Origin: Spirochaetota bacterium
Lineage (GTDB): Bacteria > Spirochaetota > UBA4802 > UB4802
Direction: 5' to 3'
Assembly (NCBI GenBank): GCA_037481795.1
Contig: JBBFLA010000004.1
Span: forward strand, 42,673-106,672
Length of the DNA stretch: 64,000 nt
Translations under genes and position numbers: made by a program
Shown here: piece after piece, positions 58,917 to 64,000 of the stretch
Layout of the letters: the number at the start of each line of letters is the position of its first letter
Position numbering within the stretch: the first letter of the stretch is position 1
The notes under the pieces: model-generated
Seen by the model: only the letters and a program-made list of their open reading frames with translations
Database searches by the model: none
Told to the model about the DNA's origin: nothing

Positions 58917-60116
58917 TTAATTAAAATAATCAAACAGCATAATAAAATCCATATCGCCAATGGTCAGGTGCTTTTGCCTGTACTTCTGGTAGATATTTCG
59001 TTTAGCTGATTCCAGCGCTTCAGGTTTTATGCCATATTTTATGGAAAATGAAGCTTCAAGAAATGCAGCAAAATCATCACAGGCTTTAAGCATCTGCCCA
59101 TCCAGCGGATTGAACCTGTCCTCATTATACTGAGTATTCAATTCTTCAGGGGATATTTTTATGGTTACAGAATCATTATGCCATATCTTATTTTCAAATT
59201 CATTGAATATATAATATCGCATTTCGTTATGCCACTTTTCAGGTATGAGGGGGAAAATACGATTATTAGCTTCAATGATTTCGTACTCTTTGATGAGTTC
59301 TTCCAGACCTTTGATAGAACGTTTGACAGGCGAAACAATGTCACGGGTGAGTACTTCCGGCAGGTCGTGAAAAAGCGAAGCAAAAAAATTATTATACATG
59401 CGTTTTGCGCAAGCACCCAGTTCACGCGAGCAAAAGTAGGAAAGCATTGCTACAATAAGCATGTGCCCCAAAACCGATGTCTTTGGTATTCGTGGCGTTT
59501 GTGCCCACCGTTGCTGAAATCGCAACTGTCCGCACAAATTGATAAACCCGGCAATATTGCGGTGTGAAAGTATCTTCTGCACGCCAGTTAAATCAATATG
59601 ATATTCAATCTGACTTTCTATCTCATTTTTTGTTTTTTCAATGTCGTATAAAAATTTATTACTCTGGTAAATAATCTGAAATTCCCAGTTGGTGGCAAGG
59701 TAATGCGCTGCTTGCAGTATTTTTTTTTCAAACGGTGCAAATTGTGTGTCCTGAAAATACCGTAAAAATGTTTCTTTAAAATTTCCTTTAACAGGGCTTA
59801 TATCGTCGTCAAGCTGAGCAAAAACCCATTCGTTGAGTTCTTTGCCTTTTTCTTTCATTATCTTATGAAAAATGGGCGGTTTAATGTCAGTTACTATCAC
59901 CCGGTGCAAAAGTTCAAAGATGCCGCCTTCAATAAGGTGTATCCAGTTTACACAACCTGGATTTTCTTCTTCCTGAAATTTAGCTATTGTATAAGCAATT
60001 ATCATTTTATGTGCCTGTTTGTCAATTTCGGTAAATTCGGTGGGGCGTGCATGGTCATTCCATCGCTGAATGCTTGCTGCCTGAAACAACTTTTCAATTA
60101 AACCTTTTGGTATCAT
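58917..60116 (-). CDS. HD-domain protein with YfbR-like (5'-deoxynucleotidase-type) C-terminal domain and ~200-aa N-terminal extension
   Basis: LGHMLIVAML...FHDLPEVLTRDIVSPVK resembles the YfbR H...HD...D pattern; ATG at 60116 has RBS GGAG; the ORF-track start 60203 is likely too early. Confidence 0.55.
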   Translation of the reverse strand: MIPKGLIEKLFQAASIQRWNDHARPTEFTEIDKQAHKMIIAYTIAKFQEEENPGCVNWIHLIEGGIFELLHRVIVTDIKPPIFHKIMKEKGKELNEWVFAQLDDDISPVKGNFKETFLRYFQDTQFAPFEKKILQAAHYLATNWEFQIIYQSNKFLYDIEKTKNEIESQIEYHIDLTGVQKILSHRNIAGFINLCGQLRFQQRWAQTPRIPKTSVLGHMLIVAMLSYFCSRELGACAKRMYNNFFASLFHDLPEVLTRDIVSPVKRSIKGLEELIKEYEIIEANNRIFPLIPEKWHNEMRYYIFNEFENKIWHNDSVTIKISPEELNTQYNEDRFNPLDGQMLKACDDFAAFLEASFSIKYGIKPEALESAKRNIYQKYRQKHLTIGDMDFIMLFDYFN

Positions 60117-60126
60117 AGAATAATCT

Positions 60127-60143
60127 CCGGTAACTATCGCATA
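60127..60143 (+). repeat. Copy of dispersed motif (17-mer identical to 58349..58365)
   Basis: CCGGTAACTATCGCATA immediately upstream of the RBS of the HD-domain gene (minus strand). Confidence 0.8.
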
Positions 60144-60227
60144 TGAAAATAAAACTTGCATGGTCTTGTAAATGCAAGTAAAATATTGAATAGTGTAGAG
60201 CAATAGTTAACGGTAAAAGAAATATAT

Positions 60228-60244
60228 GGGGCGATAGTTACTGT
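60228..60244 (-). repeat. Copy of dispersed motif
   Basis: GGGGCGATAGTTACTGT in the leader 4 nt before the ATG of the hydrogenase maturation protease gene; inverted relative to the 60127 copy. Confidence 0.8.
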
Positions 60245-60247
60245 AAA

Positions 60248-60700
60248 ATGGAAACACAGTGCAAAAAACTCATACTGGGAATTGGAAACCCTCTGCGTAG
60301 CGATGATATTGCAGGAAGTATCGTTGCACGCAAGCTGAAACTATTGGGGCTTACAGGTATAGATGCAGAGTTTATGCCCGAAAATTACATTGGTGTTATA
60401 CGAAGGAACAAACCAGAGAAAATCATTGTTGTGGACTGCTGTGATATGAACCTGCCACCGGGCTCTGTGCGAAATATACCGGTACATAAAATTCACAGCG
60501 GAATAGTAACCACACATAGTCTGCCGTTAAAAGCCGTTATGCAACAATTACTTGAAATAACCCCCAATATCATGTTTATTGGAATACAGCCTGAAAATAT
60601 AGAAGTGGGCGATACAGTAAGTGATGCGGTTAATACGGCTATAGAGCAGATTGTTGCAATAATCAGTAGTGGGAATGAGGATGCTATAGCACTGCTATGA
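60248..60700 (+). CDS. Hydrogenase maturation protease (HycI/HyaD/FrhD family)
   Basis: Signature ILGIGNPLRSDDIAGS; 150 aa. Confidence 0.75.
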   Translation: METQCKKLILGIGNPLRSDDIAGSIVARKLKLLGLTGIDAEFMPENYIGVIRRNKPEKIIVVDCCDMNLPPGSVRNIPVHKIHSGIVTTHSLPLKAVMQQLLEITPNIMFIGIQPENIEVGDTVSDAVNTAIEQIVAIISSGNEDAIALL

Positions 60701-60901
60701 CCCCAAAAATATTTTAAATTTTATAAAAAAAACCTTGAAAAAATACCGAATGGTTATACTTTATTAAATAGAAGTAGATACTGCAAATTAATATATTCTA
60801 TTGATACATTTTTATCATGATGGATTTGAATGTATAAAACCGGTCTATATATAAAAGGGTGGGATATATAATTTGCAGAATACAATAAAAGGGATATTGT
60901 T

Positions 60902-61378
60902 ATGAAACAAAAACCACTCAATTTCCAGCAAGCAATCATTGATTTTATGAAGTCTAAAGCCAATCGTATGGAAAAAGAGTTAAATGTGCCGGGTAACTGG
61001 TATTTTAATGAAGGCGATGAACAGGAAATCAAATCCTGGACCGACGAAGAAGCAGCAAAAGTATGGGAAAAGATTAAACACAATATTTTCAAGTTAGGAT
61101 GTTCGGGTCTGCGGTATGAATTGTGCCCATTCTGCCATTATTACGGATATGAACATAATGGATGTTATAAAGCCTTGAAAAATCCTATATGTGTAAAGTG
61201 TGGATATGGTAAAAGGCACGGTATATGTATTGGTGAAGAAGGACATGTCAGCCAGTATAAACAGATATTACAATCATTTGAAGACTCCCGTATCAGCATG
61301 TACAAATTCTTTACTAATGAATATTATACGGTACTCATTGACAAGATTGAAAAGGAAAATGTAAAGGCAATTGCTTAA
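60902..61378 (+). CDS. Cys-rich hypothetical protein (probable metal-binding)
   Basis: CPFCHYYGYEHNGCYKALKNPICVKCGYGKRHGICIGEEGH gives 8 Cys in 45 aa; followed by a terminator. Confidence 0.45.
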   Translation: MKQKPLNFQQAIIDFMKSKANRMEKELNVPGNWYFNEGDEQEIKSWTDEEAAKVWEKIKHNIFKLGCSGLRYELCPFCHYYGYEHNGCYKALKNPICVKCGYGKRHGICIGEEGHVSQYKQILQSFEDSRISMYKFFTNEYYTVLIDKIEKENVKAIA

Positions 61379-61416
61379 GCAGTAGCTCTGTTACGATGCA
61401 ATATTACATAAAAAAA

Positions 61417-61441
61417 GGCTGGTATATGACCAGCCTTTTTT
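61417..61441 (+). terminator. Bidirectional rho-independent terminator
   Basis: GGCTGGT-atatg-ACCAGCC hairpin with an A6 run upstream and a T6 run downstream; serves convergent transcripts. Confidence 0.75.
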
Positions 61442-61481
61442 ATTTTTACATCGGAGGTTCTTATGGGTTGCTCTAATGCGG

Positions 61482-61622
61482 TTATTCTGCAGCTATGAAA
61501 TTTCTGAAACTGAAAATCTTGTTTTTTAAATTTTCATTCTTTGCTACTAATTCAGAATAAAGGTCTTCAACATTTCTCCAGTATGAACAATTGGTATCTA
61601 TACAATAGGTATTTGCTTTCAT
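61482..61622 (-). CDS. Possible small ORF (46 aa)
   Basis: ATG with strong SD GAAGGAGG (7-nt spacing); MKANTYCIDTNCSYWRNVEDLYSELVAKNENLKNKIFSFRNFIAAE; terminator downstream; below the ORF-track cutoff. Confidence 0.35.
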   Translation of the reverse strand: MKANTYCIDTNCSYWRNVEDLYSELVAKNENLKNKIFSFRNFIAAE

Positions 61623-61931
61623 GGTAATCCTCCTTCAACTAACCGGAATAAAAATAAAACTTATAAATTTAATATATACTAAAATACTTAAAATGGCAAG
61701 CAAAAATTTATAAAATTTTAAAAAACTCATAAACTAAAATTTTTGCTTGTATATTCATCTTTCAGTTGTTATAGTACCGTTGCATGTTTACAGATTGCCA
61801 ATTTTGCTTTCGGTGTACCTGATTCTTCTGTAATACTGCATCACGTGCATGCCAGCATAAGGATGTTATACGATATCTATAGTAGAATCTGTTGCTGTTT
61901 TTATGAATAAATTTTTTTTCGGAGGTACTAT

Positions 61932-63899
61932 ATGAGCGGTTATATGGGTCAGTATGTAATTATTAATCTCTCCACTGGTAAATCCACTATCAAAAAACTG
62001 TCTGATGATTTTTACAAAAAGTATTTAGCAGGCTATGGTATGGGTGTTGCCATAATCAGCCAATTGCAAAAGCCAAAAATTAATCCATTGTCACCGGAAA
62101 GCGTACTTGGATTTTGTTCGGGTCTTTTAACAGGAAGCGGGGCATATTTTGCAGGGCGGTTTATGGTAGTTGGTAAATCGCCATTAACGGGAGGCTGGGG
62201 CGATAGTAACTGTGGAGGGTTCTTTTCGGTAGAAATAAAGCGCGCTGGATTTGATGCAATATTTGTTACCGGCAAGGCAAAAACGCCGGTATATATAGTC
62301 ATTAATGATGGTAAAATACAGATAAAAAATGCAAAGAAGTTGTGGGGAAAGGATACCATTGAAACAGAAGAACTCATAAAAAAAGAGCTTAACGATGATA
62401 AATATCAGGTTGCCTGTATAGGGCCTGCTGCAGAGAAACTATCACTCATATCAGGTATTGTAACCGATGGAGGAAGAATTGCTGCACGCAGTGGATTGGG
62501 CGCTGTCATGGGAAGCAAGAAGTTAAAAGCCATTGCCATAAAAGGAACAAAGAAAATACCGGTTGCAAAACCTGATGTTTTAAAGGAAATTAATAAAAAA
62601 TTTTTAGCAAGTTTTAAATCAACCAGCCCCATTGATAAAGCCACTGTCAATATGATGAATTTTTTAAGCCAGATTATAGCGCGAACCAGGGTATCAGTTC
62701 CAACACAGCCTTCAACGGTACGTGAAATATTTAAACGGTACGGTACAAGTGGCACAACAGTGTATTCTGCATTTACCGGTGATACGCCAATCAAAAACTG
62801 GGCTGGTGTTGGGTATTTAGATTTTCCAGGTGTTCAAAAAATTTCTGATGAAAGTGTGGTAGCACATCAAAAGAAACGATATGCATGCCAGTCATGTCCG
62901 CTTGGATGTGGTGGCATTGTTGACATAAAAGCTGGAAGGTATAAGGGCACAGAAGGACACAAGCCAGAATATGAAACTCTGGGCTCTTTTGGTGGTATGC
63001 TTTTACTGGATGATTTAGATGTAATAATGGAAATAAATGAATTATGCAACAGAGCTGGTATTGATACCATATCTACAGGTACTGCTGTTGCATTTGCTAT
63101 TGAATGCTATGAGCATGGGATATTAACAAAGAAAGACACTGGCGGATTAGAGTTAGGCTGGGGCAAAGCTCAAGAAATACTTACATTAACAGAGATGATA
63201 ATTAACAGGAAAGGAATTGGCAACATACTGGCCGATGGAGTAATGCGTGCAGCAAAGAAGATAGGCAAAGGTTCTGAAAGTTTTGCCATTCATGCTGGCG
63301 GTCAGGAGCTTCCCATGCATGATAGCCGGCTGGATGATGGATTTGCTGTTACCTATTCTTCTGAAGCAACACCAGGGCGCCATACCATTGCATCAAATTT
63401 ATACAATCATCTATACAGAACTAAAAAGCAATTTCCCATGGTTAAGAAAATGCTAAAAAATGCAAACAGTAGCACTGCAAAACGCTTAACCCTGACAGCT
63501 GCATCAATGTATTTTGCTAATCTATTTAATGGTTGCGGTATGTGCCAGTTTGGATTTTTAAGTGGCTCAATTCCACTGGTTGATTATATTAATGCTGTGA
63601 CTGGATGGGATTTGCCTGCCGATGAGTATTTAACAATTGGTGAGCGTATCCTTAATATGCGAAAAGCTTTCAATGTACGGGAAGGGTTATATGTTAAGGA
63701 CACAATTATCCCTGATCGTGCACAGGGCAAGCCACCACTACAGGAAGGCCCATTAAAAGGTGTGGCTGTTCCCATTAATGAATTGCTAAATGAATTTTTT
63801 GCTATAACCGGATGGGAACCTAAAACTGGTGGCCCAACTGATGCTAAGCTAAAAGAATTGGGAATTGAGGATTTATTTGGTTCTAAAAAAAGCAAATAA
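61932..63899 (+). CDS. aor: Aldehyde:ferredoxin oxidoreductase (tungsten/molybdopterin AOR family)
   Basis: Canonical AOR N-terminal domain (QYVIINLSTGK...GKSPLTGGWGDSNCGG) and Fe-S/pterin-binding cysteines (CQSCPLGCGG); 655 aa. Confidence 0.9.
   Translation: MSGYMGQYVIINLSTGKSTIKKLSDDFYKKYLAGYGMGVAIISQLQKPKINPLSPESVLGFCSGLLTGSGAYFAGRFMVVGKSPLTGGWGDSNCGGFFSVEIKRAGFDAIFVTGKAKTPVYIVINDGKIQIKNAKKLWGKDTIETEELIKKELNDDKYQVACIGPAAEKLSLISGIVTDGGRIAARSGLGAVMGSKKLKAIAIKGTKKIPVAKPDVLKEINKKFLASFKSTSPIDKATVNMMNFLSQIIARTRVSVPTQPSTVREIFKRYGTSGTTVYSAFTGDTPIKNWAGVGYLDFPGVQKISDESVVAHQKKRYACQSCPLGCGGIVDIKAGRYKGTEGHKPEYETLGSFGGMLLLDDLDVIMEINELCNRAGIDTISTGTAVAFAIECYEHGILTKKDTGGLELGWGKAQEILTLTEMIINRKGIGNILADGVMRAAKKIGKGSESFAIHAGGQELPMHDSRLDDGFAVTYSSEATPGRHTIASNLYNHLYRTKKQFPMVKKMLKNANSSTAKRLTLTAASMYFANLFNGCGMCQFGFLSGSIPLVDYINAVTGWDLPADEYLTIGERILNMRKAFNVREGLYVKDTIIPDRAQGKPPLQEGPLKGVAVPINELLNEFFAITGWEPKTGGPTDAKLKELGIEDLFGSKKSK
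62197..62213 (-). repeat. Copy of dispersed motif
   Basis: GGGGCGATAGTAACTGT inside the AOR CDS (codes WGDSNC). Confidence 0.8.
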
Positions 63900-64000
63900 T
63901 TTTAACAATAATAAAAAAAATGCTTGACTAAAATTATAATTTGTTGTTTATCGATTAAGTGGAAGGGATTTCCCGGCTCATTTGTTACTATACATATAAC

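Overview
This is a low-GC (about one-third G+C by eye), gene-dense bacterial chromosomal segment. It is likely from an anaerobic diderm: it has an omptin-like outer membrane protease, a TonB-dependent receptor, a LolA-like protein, c-type cytochromes, two aldehyde:ferredoxin oxidoreductases and a hydrogenase maturation protease. Gene order resembles Firmicutes: dprA-topA-xerC-hslV-hslU, and flgB-flgC-fliE-fliF-fliG-fliH-fliI-fliJ followed by an FlbB/YlxF-like gene. Other content includes one tRNA-Pro(GGG), an MBL-hydrolase/MarR pair, an operon of Ogg-type DNA glycosylase + two small ORFs + methyltransferase, and EngB, RimI-like, crotonase and PanE genes. Also present are a hybrid histidine kinase, a DagK-family kinase, an exbB-exbD-exbD-tonB-TBDR operon followed by two tandem small lipoproteins, rodZ-rimO-pgsA-pgpA, hslO, two radical SAM proteins (one with an unusual CX5CX2C motif and a C-terminal helix-hairpin-helix), relA/spoT, maf and tsaC. 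The most striking signal is at the DNA level. An octamer core ACTATCGC, with extended consensus ACAGTWACTATCGCCCC, occurs 23 times on both strands, in several reading frames and in intergenic DNA, against about 1 copy expected from base composition. This looks like a genome-specific dispersed signal sequence such as a DNA-uptake-like sequence. No CRISPR array, rRNA or obvious mobile element was seen. Many gene starts in the ORF track use TTG/GTG or have N-terminal extensions; likely true starts are given where they could be argued.
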